DNA of 64,000 bases from Malacoraja senta (lineage: Eukaryota): the NCBI GenBank assembly GCA_038087875.1, contig CM075989.1, positions 1,860,001-1,924,000 on the forward strand. The letters run 5' to 3'. Below, piece by piece: positions 41,690 through 55,604 of this stretch (position 1 is the stretch's first letter; each line of letters starts with the position of its first letter). The notes under the pieces were generated by a model. It saw only the letters and a program-made list of their open reading frames with translations, was not told where the DNA came from and searched no databases. Both the position numbers and the translations under genes were made by a program.

Positions 41690-43476
41690 GAGTAAGAAGG
41701 AACTGCAGATGCTGGCTTAAACCGAAGAGTGACACAAAAAGCTGGAGTAACTCAGCGGGACAGGCAGCATCTCTGGAGACAAGGAATGGGTGACATTTCG
41801 GTCGAGACCCTTCTTCAGACTGGTTAGGGATAAGGGAAACGAGAGATATAGATGGTGATGTGGAGAGATAAAGAACAATGAATGAAAGATATGCAAAAAT
41901 GTAATGATGATAAAGGAAACAGGCCATTGTTGGCTGTTTGTTGGGTGAAAACAAGAAGCTGGTGTGACTTGGGTGGGGGAGGGATAGAGAGAGAGGGAAT
42001 GCTGGGGTTACCTGAAGTTAGATAAATCAATATTCATACCACCAATATTCATAACACCAATATTCATAAGCTGCCCAAGTGAAATATGAGATGCTGTTCG
42101 TCCAATTTGTGTTTTGCCTCACTCTGACAATGGAGGAGACCTAGGACAGAAAGGTCTGTGTAGGAATGGGAAGGAGAATTAAAGTGTCCAGCAACCGGGA
42201 GATCAGGTAGGTCCAGGTGGGCTGAGCGAAGGTGTTCCGAGAAACGATCGCCCAGTCTACGCTTGGTCTCGTCGATGTATAAGAATCCACAGCTTGAACA
42301 ATGGATACAGTAGATGAGGTTGGAGGAGGTGCAAGTGAACCTCTGTCTAACCTGAAATGACTGTCAGGGTCCCTGGACAGAGTCGAGGGAGGAGGTATAG
42401 CGACAGGTGTTGCATCTTCTGCGGTTGCAGGGGAAGGTACCCGGGGAGGGGTTGTTTGGGTGGGAAGGGATGAGTTAACCAGAGAATTGCAGAGGGAACG
42501 GTCTCTGTGGAAGGCGGAATGGGGTGGAGATGGAAAATGTGGCTAATGGTGGGATCCCATTGGAGGTGGGGTAAATTTTGGAGGATTATATGTTGTATGC
42601 GACGGCTGATGGGGTGGAAGGTAAGGACTCTGGTGACTCTGTCTCTGTTGCGACGAGGGGGAGGGGGAGGGGGAGCGATGGCGGAGCGGCGGTATACCGA
42701 GGAGACACGAGTGAGGGCCTCATCTATGATGGGAGAAACGAACCACCGTTCCCCAAAGAAGGGGGACATCTCAGATGTCTTAGTATGAAACACCTCATCT
42801 TGGGCGCATATGTGGCATAAATGGTGGAATTGGGAGTAGGGTATAGAGTCTTTGCAGGAAGCAGGGTGGGAAGAAGTGTAGTCAAGATAGTTGTGGGAGT
42901 CAGTGGGCTTGTAATAGATGTCAGTCAATAGTCTATTTCCTGTGATGGAGACTGTGAGATCACGAAAGTGGAGGGAGGTGTCGGAGATGGTCTAAGTAAA
43001 TTTGAGTGTAGGATGAAAATTGGTGGTGCAGTTGATGAAGTCCATGAGTTCTGCATGGGCGCAGGAGGTAGCACCGATGCAGTCGTCAATGTAACGGATA
43101 TAATAATAATAATAATACATTTTATTTATATAGCTATAGAGTTCAGGGATAGGGCCCAGTGTACACCTGGAACAGGGATTGATCAACGTTCCCTACAAAG
43201 AGGCAGGCATTGCTGGGGCCCATGTGCGTGCCCATAGCTACGCCTTGGATTTAGAGGGTGGGAGGAGTCAAAGGAGAAGGTGTTCAGGGTGAGGCCCAGC
43301 TCTGCTAGGTGGAGTAGAGTGTTAGTAGAGGGAACTTGAATGGTTCTGTGGTCGAGGAATAAACTGAGGGCTTTAAGGCCTTTGTGGTGGGGGATGGTGT
43401 AGAGTGACTGAACGTCCATAGTAAAGATGAGGGAGTGGGGGCTCAGAAAGCAGATCATTAAAGAGATGAAGGGCAT
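41690..43476 (-). mobile_element. Penelope-like retroelement (Neptune-type): RT, Cys linker, GIY-YIG and terminal repeat; degraded
   Basis: FTMDVQSLYT, RYIDDCIG and TDIYYKPTDSHNYLDYTSSHP (RT); FTCTSSNLIYCIHCSSCGFLYIDETKRRLGDRFSEHLRS (GIY-YIG). Terminal repeat at about 41690-41825. Confidence 0.88.
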
Positions 43477-43854
43477 GTGTGGTATCTTGGACCTAGGTCG
43501 GCAGAGATTGGACCAGGGAGGATAGGATGGATAAATGGCACATGCTGTTTAATCCAAGCAAGTGTGATGTGTTGCACTTTGGCAGATTGTAAGGGGAAAT
43601 ATACAGTTAATGGCAAGATCCATAACAGCATTGATGTACCAAGGGACCTTGTGATCTTGGACTATAGCTCCCTGAAAGTGGCAACACAAGCAGTGTTCAG
43701 GAAGCTGTATGGTTTGCATGGTCACGGGGCATAGAGTATAGGAGTCAGGAAGTCATGAAAGCTTTATACGACTTTGGCTAGGCCACATATGACATGTTGC
43801 AAGTCACCCCATTAAAGATGGTATGGAGCTTTGGAAAGTGTGCAGAGAGTGTTC

Positions 43855-44250
43855 GAAACAAGGAACTTTGACCTCCCCACCATCGAAGGGATCCATTGAA
43901 GTCGCTGCCTCAAAAAGGCAGCCAACATCTTCAAAGACCCACATCATCCTGGCCACACACTCATTTCACCACTGCCATCGGGAAGAAGGTACAGGAGCCT
44001 GAAAACTGTAACATCCTGGTTCAGGAACAGCTACTTCCCTACAGCCATCAGGCTATTAAACACTGCAACAAATAAGCTCTGATCTGCAACAGACTATTGC
44101 ATTATGTTTGTTATTTATTGAGTATGTTTACATATGTATACACACACTGAACTTGTTGTCTTCTCCCGTTATGTACTATGTTTACATATTCTGTTGTGCT
44201 GCAGCAAGTATGAATTTAATTGTCATATCTGGGACACATGACATTAAAAC
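43855..44250 (+). mobile_element. Rex1/Babar 3' fragment
   Basis: Encodes HHPGHTLISPLPSGRRYRSL...FRNSYFP, followed by a TGACATTAAA end. Confidence 0.7.
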
Positions 44251-44269
44251 ACTCTTCCCTCTTGCCTAT

Positions 44270-45142
44270 CAAAATATCCTCCTCAGCTGTATCCAACTAT
44301 TTACCTGCCAGGCATTGTCCTGCCCCTACTCTCTGCCAACTATTTTCCATCCTCCACCCCCCCCCCCCCCAACTCCACCTACAATCAGTATGAAGAAGGG
44401 TCCCAACCCAAGACATCACCTCTCCATGATCTCCATCGATGCTGCCTGACCCGTTGAGCTACTCCAACACTGTGTCTTGAGGTTGGAGGAGGGGCAAGTG
44501 AACCTCTACCTCACCTGGAAAGACGGTTTGGTCCTTGGATGGAGTCGAGTGGGAGGTAAAGGGACAGGTGTTGCATCTCCTGCGGTTGCAAGGGAAGGTA
44601 CCTGGGGAGGGGGTGGTTTGGGTGGGAAGGGACGAGTTGACCAGAGATTTGTGGAGGGAACGGTCTCTGCGGAAAGTAGACAGGGGTGCAGATGGGAAGA
44701 TGTGGCCAGTAGTGGGATCCCGTTGTAGATGGTGAAAATGTTTCACATTGGCGAGACCAAGCGCAGGCTCGGCGATCGTTTCGCTGAACACCTCCACTCA
44801 GTCTCTCTTAACCTACCTGATCTCCCGGTGGCTCAGCACTTCAACTACCCCCTCCCATTCCCAATCTGACCTTTCTGTCCTGGGCCTCCTCCATTGTCAG
44901 AGTGAGGCCCAGCGCAAATTGGAGGAACAGCACCTCATATTTTGCTTGGGTAGTTTACACCCCAGCGGTATGAGCATTGACTTTTCTAACTTCAGATAGC
45001 CCTTGCTTTCTCTCTCCATCCCCTTCCCCTTCCCAGTTCTCCCACTCATCTTACTATCTCCGACTACATTCTATCTCTGTCCAGCCCCCTCCCCTGACAC
45101 CAGTCTGAAGAAGGGTCTCGACCCGAAACGTCGCCCATTCCT
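44270..45142. mobile_element. Rearranged PLE fragments (terminal repeat plus, body minus, body and terminal repeat plus)
   Basis: PGTFPCNRRRCNTCPFT on minus; RKLEEQHLIFCLGSLHPSG on plus. Intact hammerhead-like motif at 45105-45132. Confidence 0.75.
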
Positions 45143-46547
45143 TCCTGTTTCTGCAATGTATCTCCAAACTAAACTAAAACTGCATATGCAGGGAATGGTG
45201 GGATATGGATCATGTGCTGGCAGAGGTGATTAGTTTATTCTAGCATCATGTTCACATGGACATTGTGGGCCGAAGGGCCTGGTTCTGTTTAAACTAGCAT
45301 CTGCTGTTACTTCCTTTGACCTGTTCCAGTGCTATAGTGTACTATAGTTTGTCTCAGTTTACATTTTAATTTAGTAAAGCCTCACAATCTAAATTGCGAT
45401 AATGAATTAAAACAGGAAGTGCTTGAAATAGTTGGTAGGTCATTTGAGTTGAGTTGAGTTCGAGGCACAGTGAAAAGCTGTACATCGGGCAGCATCAGTG
45501 GAGGGAGAAACAGAGTTAACCTCCCATCCCATCCTCCTGAAATGTTAACTGTTTCTCTCTCACAGATGCTGTCTGACCTTCTGACTATTTCCAGCAGCCC
45601 TTGTTTTTATTTGGAATATGTAGCATCTGTGGTTTTTGAATTTTGATTTGTGCATTGAGATAATGAACATATAATCTGTCTATTATTAGTGTTGATTGAA
45701 AAGTAAATATCGGCCAGGAATAAGATTCATCTGTTCCTCGTAATGTAGGAGGGCAAAGAGAAAATGATGTTGAGCATTCTACAGTCAATGAAACGGTCTG
45801 CGGAGTGTGTCTGTCGCTGTTCCACAGGTCATGTGGCATCAGATTAGACATAACAGGCTTCACAAACAGTGATGACCAGATGATAAATATTGGGCAGGCA
45901 TTAGGAATAATTCCTTTTCTTTTTACATTCACTTGTTTTATTTTAACAATACAGCATGGGAACAGGCCTTTTGGCCCACTGAGTCAGCGCTGACCAGTGA
46001 CTAGCTCTGTAGGATAGTGCTAGTGTGATCGCTGGTTGGCGTGGTCTCGGTGGGCCGAAGGGCCTGTTCCCACAAAGCCTTCAATGGCCAGCGATTATCC
46101 CGTACACTAGCGTTATCCCACACACTGGGGCAATTTACTGATCCCAATTAACCTACAAACCTGCACGTCTTTGGAGTGTGGGAGGAAAGCAGAGCACCAG
46201 GAGAAATCCAATGTGGTCACAGGGAGAACGTACAAACTCTGTTCAGACAGCACCCGTAGTCAGGTTCGAACCCGAGACTGACGTTTTCAGGCAGCAACTA
46301 TACCTCTGCGGGGCGCCCGTTTTTTCTTCAAAATACTGGTCAGGCACTGCCTGTTACTTTGATCCTTTGATAGCATGTAGAACATAGAAGAGTACAACAC
46401 AGCAACAGGCCCTTTGGCCCACAATGTCTGTGCCGAACATGATGCTAAAATCAACTCATCTCAATTGCTTGCACGAGGCATATCCCTCCATTTTCAGCTT
46501 ATCCATGTGCCTATCTAAGAGTCTCCTAAACACCTCTACCACATCTG

Positions 46548-46820
46548 TCACCACCCCACCCCTGGCCGTGCGTTCAAGGCATCTATCACCACCCCACCCC
46601 TGGCAGTGCGTTCTAGGCATCTATCACCACCCCACCCCTGGCAGTGTGTTCAAGGCATCTATCACCACCCCACCCCTGGCAGTGTGTTCAAGGCATCTAT
46701 CACCACCCCACCCCTGGCAGTGCGTTCTAGGCATCTATCACCACCCCACCCCTGGCAGTGTGTTCAAGGCATCTATCACCACCCCACCCCTGGCAGTGCG
46801 TTCTAGGCATCTATCACCCT
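46548..46820. repeat. 38-bp minisatellite (~7 copies) amplified within a CR1 3' fragment
   Basis: Unit GCATCTATCACCACCCCACCCCTGGCAGTGYGTTCWAG, flanked by minus-strand CR1 sequence. Confidence 0.9.
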
Positions 46821-49800
46821 CAGTATAAACGACTTGCTCCGCACATCAGCTTTACATTTTGCTCCTCTCACCTTAAAGCTATGCCCTCTCGTGCTTGACA
46901 TTTCCACTCTGGGAAAGGGTTCTGACTGTCTACCCTATCTATGCCTCTCATAATATTATATATTCTCTTATGTTGCCCCTCAACCTACGGCATCCCAGAA
47001 AAACCCATCCAAGTTTCTCCAACCTCTTCTTATATCTAATAGCCTCTAATCCATGCAGCAATCCGGTAAATGTCTCTGCACCCTTTCCAAAGCCTCCACA
47101 TCCTTCCTGTAATGGATCGACCAGAACTGCTCACCGCCACAACTTCAATAGTTTTGTGAACACTGCAGATTTGAGGCCCAAATTTTGGTATTGGTTTTGG
47201 TTCATTATAGTAACCGAGATACAGTGAAACGCTAAGTTTTGCGTGCTATCTGAGAAGGATCAGGAGTGGGAATTGAACCCAGTACTGAGTCAGAGATGAG
47301 TGCTGGCAGCTCACACAACCCACCAAACCCTAGTGAAGAAACACCGATAGTGAACGTTTTCTCTTCTCTCCTGGAGGGCTTACGGCAGAGAAATTCATAA
47401 TCGATCTTCAACTCCTTGAATTTACAGGTGATTCCTGACAGGATGACCATCCTGGGCCAGAGGAATTATGTCATGTGTAGGAAGGAACTGTAGACGTTGG
47501 CTTACACCGAAGATAGACACAACAAGCTGGACTAACTCAGCCGGACAGGCAGCATCTCTGGAGAGAAGGAATGGGTGACGTTTCGGGGCGAGACCCTTCT
47601 TCAGACCAAGGGTCTCGACCCGAAACGTCACCCATTCCTTCTCTCCAGAGATGCTGCCTGTCCCGCTGAGTTACTCCAACCTTTTGTGTCCAGTTTCAGA
47701 GGAGTTATTACCATTTTATGTGAGAATTTTATTGGGCTTTTTAACATCAAAGGGCTACCACACAGCTTCACAGCTAACAAACCAGTAACAAAATATAACC
47801 ATGCATATTCATCAATAAATGTGCCTCTTTGCCACCCCAGTAGAGGGGAGTTGCTTTTCCACATGTCTATGAATCTTTCCAGTCACACACCACTCACATT
47901 ATTCAAGTGGATGTGCTGTCTCAATCTCTGAGTCTATCAGTTTTAGATATGAGCATTGAGGCCCAGTAAGGAACATGTGGTACAGTAGCTGAGAGTTGTA
48001 GATTAAAAATGTGTATCATTCTCTTCAGGAGAGGGATTCCAGCAGTATTGCTTCAAGCTGTGATCCCACTTCTCCACAACATGCTCTGAAGGGTTAAAGC
48101 ATCACAGTGTCAAATAGATGTTGCCAAATTCCCAGTCCCACTACAACCTGCATTCAGCACAGTTCTCTTTCCTGTTTTAGAGAATGAATGGATGGGACTG
48201 GGACTGGCCAACATTCCTTGTTGGCTCCACCTGTTCCTCAGACCTTTATATTCGAGTCGAGTTACACCCTGGCCACTCCCTCTTCTCCCCTCTCCCAACA
48301 GGCTAAAGATATAGAAGTGTGAAAACGCACACCTCCAGATTCCTTCCCAGGGACAGTTCCTTCCCAACTGTTATCAGGCAACTGAATCATCCTACAACCA
48401 GACAGCAGTGCTGAACGTCTATCTACCTCCTTGGTGACCCTCGGACATTGCCTGATGGGACTTTGCTGGATTTACCTTGCACTAAACATTATTCCCTTAT
48501 CATGTATCTGTACACGGTGAATGGTTCGATTGTAATCATGTATTGTCATTCTGTTGACCATAACAAAAGCTTTTCACTGTACCTCGGTACACGTGACAAT
48601 AAACTCAACTCAACTCAACTTCAAAAAGCCACAGGGACAATGCTGGTGTTCATACAGTGCCTTCAATACTCCACGGTCAAGGAAATACATGTGAAGTTCA
48701 ATCACCATTGTGGTTAAAGTCATGACAGCCAATTCCCCCACCATAAGCTTATCGCAGATATCAAGAGGATAATTGTCCTTGACATTGATTAGAATCAACT
48801 ACTATCTACCTCATTGGAGACCCTCAGACTATCTTTGATCGGACTTTACTGGCTTTATCTTGCATTAAACGTTATTTCCTTATCATGTTTAAGAAGGAAC
48901 TGCAGATGCTGGAAAATCGAAGGTAGACAAAAGTGCTGGAGAAACTCAGCGGGTGCAGCAGCATCTATGGAGCGAAGGAGCTAAACTGATAACTGACCAA
49001 GATAATAGAAGTTGTTATCTACTCCAAACCCACTCAGCTTTCTTCAAGAAAGCTTCCCAGAGTCTCCAACAGGCTAGACAGTGTCTGGGTTAAATGCTTC
49101 TTCTGATAAACAGCTTCTCCGACACTAAGGGTGTCTCTCAGCAGGTGTGCCCCCCAAAACCGAGTCCCCCTCCTTTTCCTTCCCTTCATCATAAAACATC
49201 CTGATTCCAAACTGTTCCCAGTTCTGTTGCTCTGAAACATGACATTTGCCCTGACCTGCAGTATTTCCAGCATTCTCATAACTTTATACACTTCTATCTG
49301 GCCTCCCCTCAACCACCAGCGTTCCAGAGAAAAACAATCCTAATCTGTCCAACCCCTTCCTGCAGCTAATGCCTCCTAATCCAGCATCATTCTGGTAAAC
49401 CTCCTCTGCATCCTTTCCAAAGCCCCACATCCTTCCTGTAATGGGGAGACCAGAACTGCATACAATATTCCAAATGCAGCCTAATCAATGTCTTATAGAG
49501 CTGCATCATGACTTCCTCAGTCTTATACTCAATGCCCAACCAATGATGGCAAGCATACCACATGCACTGGCTACAATTCTATCCTACCTTCTATAGCCAC
49601 CTTCAGAGAGCTATGGACCTGGACCTCAAGATCCCTCTGTACATCAATTATGTTAAGGGTCTTGCCATTAACTGTGTACTTTTCCCCATTCAACCTCCCA
49701 AACTGGAACACCTCACATTTGCTTGGATTAAACTCCATTTGCCATTTCCCCATCCAGGTAAGCAGTGTTCTGTGCTGGAACCTTTTATGTTTCCATTTAG

Positions 49801-49959
49801 TAATAACATGGACATGTCTGCAGACAAGGATGCTTGGTGATAACTGTTATGTTTGCAGTATTGATACAATTGGTTAGCCCTGGTTGAGCAACATAGAACA
49901 AAGGGTCACTGTCTCGGAGCAAGGGACAAGCCATTTTGAACTAAATCAAGGAGAAATGG

Positions 49960-50285
49960 ATTTTACTTTACTCTAGACTTTGGCCTTAGAGATACAGTGT
50001 GGAAACAGGCCCTTCAGCCCACCTAGTCCATGCCAACCAGTGGTCACCCTGTACGCTAACACTATCCTACACACTAGGGACAATTTACAATTTTACCAAA
50101 GCCAATTAACCTACAAACCTGTACGTCTTTGGAGTGGGAGAGAAAATCAGAGCACCCGGAAAATCTTAGGTGATCACGGTGAGAACGCACAAACTCCAAA
50201 CAGACAGCACCCGTAGTCAGGATTGAACCCGGGTCTCTGGCGCTGTAAGGCAGCAACTCCACCGCTGCGCCACCATGCTGCCCCT
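49960..50285 (-). mobile_element. HE1-like V-SINE
   Basis: Full copy with tRNA-like head at about 50215-50283. Confidence 0.8.
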
Positions 50286-50884
50286 TTTCATATTTTCTAT
50301 CGCAGAATGCTGTGGGTTTCAGTGTCTGAGTTAATGCAAAACAAGAGTCAATAGATCAGTGGAAATGAGGAGTTTTGAGAGGTTGGAGGAGAATGGTGGA
50401 AAAAGGCACCAAAGTGGAGGTTTGCTCAGGAATATGATGTCTGGTGGAACATGGAGGGCCAGATGGTCTGCTCCTGCTCTTGATTCTGATGGTGTTATGT
50501 TCTTTCAGTAAGACTAAATTAGGGCAGAGTGAACTGTGTGGAGGAACGTAGGAAACTGAAGGGGCAGGTAGACTGGTTTGCAATCGTAGATATGTGCAGA
50601 CACAGTTCACAAGTTCACAAGTTATGTTATAGGAGTAGAACCAGGCCATTCGGCCCAACGGGTCTACTCTGCCATTCAATTTATGGCTGATCTCTGCCTC
50701 CTCATCCCATTTTCCTGCCTCCTCCCCACAAGCCTTGACATCTGTTCTAATCAAGAATTTGTCTATCTCTGCCTTAAAAAATCCAGACTTGTCTCCACAG
50801 CCCTCTGTGGCAATGAGTTCCACAGATTTACTAGCCTCTGACTAAAGAAGTTCCTCCTCGCCTCCTTTCTAAAAGAGCGCCCTG

Positions 50885-51516
50885 CAGAGACAACGGGGTA
50901 GGGGGGTAGGGAGGGGGAGAGGGGGGAAAGTGGGGGAGAGAGAGGGGAAGGGGGGAGAGGAGGGGGGAGTGGGGGAGAGGTGGGGAGGGGGAGAGGAAAG
51001 GGGGAGGAGAGGGAGATGAGGGGGGAGGAGGGGTAGAGGAGGGGGAGGGGGAGAGAGAGGGAGAGGGCTGACGAACTCGGCGAGCGGGCGGCGCGGACGG
51101 GGCCGACTGTGAACGGGTGACGGGCCTCGGCAGCTCGCTGGACCTTGCGGGACCCCGCGGGACCTCTGAAGCCCTCGGAAGCCCAACCAAATTACTGCGT
51201 GTTCAGTGGGGGGGGAAACTGCGCAGCTGGCCGCGAGGAGCAGAGCCATTGTGACGTCATCCAGCTCGCTTCAGCTCGTTAGATTTTAAAAAGATCTCAG
51301 ATTGGTGAACAATTTTAGTAAAACACTCGGGAAATAATGAATCAAATTTTCAGATGAGGCGATTTTCGAGATCACGAGGTAAATCTCTACTGGAATATGT
51401 AAAAATGTCACCATTAGCGCGTCGTGTTTTCGAGGAGATGTGAATCACAGACAAACAAGACACACACACACAAATAAATACATCCACATCCAAGATCAGG
51501 GTTTTATAATTATAGA
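50885..51516 (-). mobile_element. Probable non-autonomous Helitron-like fragment containing a polypurine tract
   Basis: Minus strand starts TCTATAATTATAAAA followed by a TG-rich microsatellite, resembling non-autonomous Helitron 5' ends. No 3' CTAG end found. Confidence 0.4.
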
Positions 51517-52379
51517 GCTAGGAAATAACAATTCAGAAGACAACTTAAAAACATCAGAAAACAACACAACTGTATTACACAAAAGCCTGGAGTAACTCAG
51601 CAGGACAGGCAGCATGTCTGGAGAGAAGTGACGTTTCAGGTCCTGACCTGAAATGTCACCCATTTCTTCTCTCCAGAGATGCTGCCTGTCCTGCTGAGTT
51701 AATCCAGCATGTTGTCCCTATCCTCAGTTTAAACCAGCATCCTCCACAACTATATTACAATTGTGTACAGTTAATCAATAAATAAATAAAGATCAGTCCG
51801 CTACACTTTCTTCTAAAACTCATGATGTTATCAGTTGAATTTTACAGTTTACAACCTAATTTTGATTTCTCTAACTTCAAGTGACCCTTGCTTTCCATCT
51901 CTTAGACCATTTGGCCCATCAAGTTTACTCCAGATTTTTGTGTCCATCTTCAGTTTAGTTCTGGTCACATCACGGAATAACAGCAGACAGGACAAGGAAA
52001 AGACACTTGGACGATGGGCTCCTTTCACAGCAATGTGAAAGGATGTAGAACAGTTATCCAAGGTTTCTATTAAGACTAGAGAGGGAAAATAGCAAGCTCA
52101 TAAGTTCATGTGATAGGAGCAGATGAAGGCCATTCGGCCCATCAAGTTTACTCCACCATTCAATCATGTCTGATCTACCTTTCCCTCTCAACCTCAGTCC
52201 CCTGCCTTCTCGCCATAACCCTGACACCCGAACTAATCAAGAATCCATCAATCTTTGCCTTAAAAATATCAATCGCTGGCCTCCACAGCCGTCTGTGGCA
52301 ATGAATCCCACAGATTCACCACCCATTGTTAACAAATTAAAAAGACTGAAAATGTTGAAAATCTGAAATAAAAATTGGA

Positions 52380-52685
52380 CGGAATAGTGGTGCAGCGGTA
52401 GAGTTGCTGCCGTACCGCGGCACCGCTTAGAGACCCGGGTTCAATCCTGACTACAGATGCTCTCTGTGCGCAGTTTGCACGTTCTCCCTGTGACTGCGTG
52501 GGTTTTCTCCGGGTGCTCTGGTTTCCTCCCACATTCCAGAGACATGCAGGTTTGTAGATTAATTGGCTTTTGTAAATTGCCCCTAGTGTGTGTAGGATGC
52601 AAAGGTGGATGTATGGATGATGGATGGTCAGTGTGCACCCGGTGGGCCGAATGGCCTGTTTCCACGCTGTATCACGAATCTAAAC
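52380..52685 (+). mobile_element. HE1-like V-SINE
   Basis: TGGTGCAGCGGTAGAG head, GGTTCAATCC B box and GGGCCGAATGGCCTG tail. Confidence 0.75.
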
Positions 52686-54749
52686 AAAAAACTGAAATGC
52701 TGAAAAATCCCAGCAGGTCAGAAAGCATCTGTGGAGAGGGAATGTGTAGGAAGGAACTGCAGATGCTGGTTTAAACGGAAGATAGACACAAAAATCTGGA
52801 GTAACTCAGCGGGACAGGCAGCATCTCTGGAGAGAAGGAATGGGTGACGTTTCGGGTGGAGACCCTTCTTCATTTCTTCTCTCCAAAGATGCTGCCTGTC
52901 CCGCTGAGTTACTCCAGCTTTTTGTGTCTGTCTGTGGAGAGGGAAATGGTTAATGCTTCAGGACGGAGACTTGTCGCCAGAACTGAGCATGTTAGTCTCT
53001 GAACCGAGAGGTGGGAGAGGTTAATGGGTGGGCAAGGGGAATGCCTGCAGGAGGGTGAAATACAGGTCCACTACCGATTTTGTGGCACCCTTGGATCCAG
53101 AGCCTTTCTGGATCATCCATTTTTGCCGGACCAACAGTGGTCAAGGACACCAAGAGGAGTCGAGCATTACGGGAATGGTCTGCCTTGGCTGCTGAGGACA
53201 TGTTCATCCCGGAACTGGCCTTTGGTCTGACTGCTCCACTGGCATCCAATCTCAAAGTCAGTATCCCAAACCTCTTTGGTCATAAGTGGCCGTGGTCTTT
53301 ACATAAAATCAGCTCATTACAAGTATGATATAATGCCAGGACAACCGAGATTCCCATGTGTTCCAAACCACCATCATTGATGCAACAAAACACAATCGAC
53401 ATAAAAAGCTGGAGTAACTCAGCGGGACAGGCAGCATCTCTGGAGAGAAGGAATGGGTGACGTTTCGGGTTGAGACCCTTCTTCAGACCTGACCCAAAAA
53501 GTCACCTATTCCTTTTCTCTAGAGATGCTGCCTGTCCTGCTGAGTTACTACAGAATTTTGTGTCCATCTTCAGTGTAAACCAGCACCTGCAGTCCCTACC
53601 TGCACGTAATATTGGCGGTTCTCTCTTCCATCCTATTCTTACTGCAAAGCAATCTGAAAGAATGGTTTCTACTTGAGAAACACTGCAGATATGCAAATTA
53701 TCATCATCTGATAACTGTGTGGCTAAAGACTGCTGGAGTGCTGAGCATAAATAAACGCTCACTTAATTAAAGATCTGATATCTGCCGCAGGAGATTCATA
53801 TTTTTACCTGTTTACACGGAAATTAAATCATAAAACAATTATTGGCAGACAAATCGGATCTGTGGTTATTGTCTATTTGCTGGGGATCTCAGATAGTTTT
53901 CTCCTCAAAGGTTTTATGCTCTGGATTCTTAGTTCACAAATTCATAATTTCTAGTAGCAGAATGAGGCCATTTGGCCCATCAAGTCGACTCCGCCATTCA
54001 ATCATGGCTGATCAATCTTTCCATCCTAACCCCATTCTCCTGCCTTCTCCCCATAATCCCTGACACCCGTACTAATCAATAATCTGTCAATCTCCTCCAC
54101 AGTTGTCTGTGGCAATGAATTCCACAGATTCACCATCCTCTGACTAAAGAAATTCCTTCCCATCTGCTTTCTAAAGGAATGTCCTTTTATTCTGCGGCTG
54201 TGGCCTCTGGTCCTAGACTCTCCCACTAGTGGAAACATCCTCTCCACATCCACTCTATCCAGGCCTATCCAACTCTATCCAATTCCTTCCTCTGATCTGT
54301 TTTGAGCCCAATTTCTTTTTCCTCTTTTTGTTCATTCCTCAAAAACCTCTCTGATAATGCTCTGTGTCCAGCCTTCTGTTAACTAGCTTGGCACACGTTT
54401 TTTGACCACTCTTCTCGGAAGCATTTAGCAATAGTTTTCTGCATCAAAGGAACCGATTTCTATCAACATCATGAGTAGGAAGGAACTGCAGATGTTGGTT
54501 TAAACCAAGATAAACACAAAAAACTGGAGCAACTCAGTGGGACAGGCAGTATCTCTGGAGAGAAGGAATGGGTGACATTTTGGGTCGAAACCCTTCTTCA
54601 GACTGAAGAAGAGTCTCGACCTGAAACGTCACCCATTCCTTCTCTCCAGAGATGCTGCCTGTCACGCTGCATTACTCCTGCCTTTTGTGTCTATCTTCTA
54701 TTAACATCATGGTCTAGAAGTTGGATCATCTCAACATTTTGTAGCATAT

Positions 54750-55575
54750 CAGATTCAGATTCAGATTCAACTTTATTGTCATTGTGCAGTGTACAGTACA
54801 GAGACAACGAAATGCAGTTAGCATCTCCCTAGAAGAGCGACATAAATATGAGCAATAAATAAATAAATCTAATAATCCTGGTGGGAGGAGTGGGGTGGGA
54901 GGGTGATTGGCAGTCACCGAGGTACAGTGTTGAGTAGTGTAACAGCCGCAGGGAAGAAGCTGTTCCTGGACCTACTGGTCCGGCAACGGAGAGACCTGTA
55001 GCGCCTCCCGGATGGGAGGAGGGTAAACAGTCCGTGGTTGGGGTGAGAGCAGTCCTTGGCGATGCTGAGCGCCCTTCGCAGACAACGCTTGCTTTGGACA
55101 GACTCAATGGTGGGGAGTGAGGAACCGGTGATGCGTTGGGCAATTTTCACCACCCTCTGCAGTGCTTTCCGGTCGGAGACAGAGCAGTTGCCATACCATA
55201 CTGTGATGCAGTTGGTAAGGATGCTCTCGATGGTGCAGCGGTAGAAGTTCACCTGAATCTGAGGAGACAGATGGACCTTCTTTAGTCTCCTCAGGAAGAA
55301 GAGACGCTGGTGAGCCTTCTTGACCAGAGTTGAGGTATTGTTGTTCCAAGAGAGGTCATCGGAGATGTTGACCCCCAGGAACATGAAGCTGGAAACACGT
55401 TCCACCTCCGTCCCGTTAATGTGGATGGGGGTGTGCGTGCCGCCCCTAGACTTCCTGAAGTCTACAATGAGCTCCTTGGTCTTCTTGGAGTTAAGGGCCA
55501 GGTTGTTGTCAGCGCACCATGCTGCTAGGAGCTGGACCTCCTCCCTATAGGCCGACTCATCGTTGTTGCTGAATA
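54750..55575 (-). mobile_element. Rex1/Babar LINE 3' fragment with open ORF
   Basis: NNDESAYREE...WCADNNLALNSKKTKE...KKAHQRLFFLRRL...RNSFFPAAV with no stops. (GAATCT)n tail. Confidence 0.9.
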
Positions 55576-55604
55576 TCATGAAAATATTCCGTGTACCAAC
55601 TTCA

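Noticed and set aside
46424..46828. Repetitive ORF or CRISPR-like array
   Set aside because: Head-to-tail 38-bp units with no unique spacers, in vertebrate DNA. It is a minisatellite.
52992..53328. Overlapping short ORFs in non-repeat DNA as a nested gene or exon
   Set aside because: No recognisable domain and no convincing splice-site pair.
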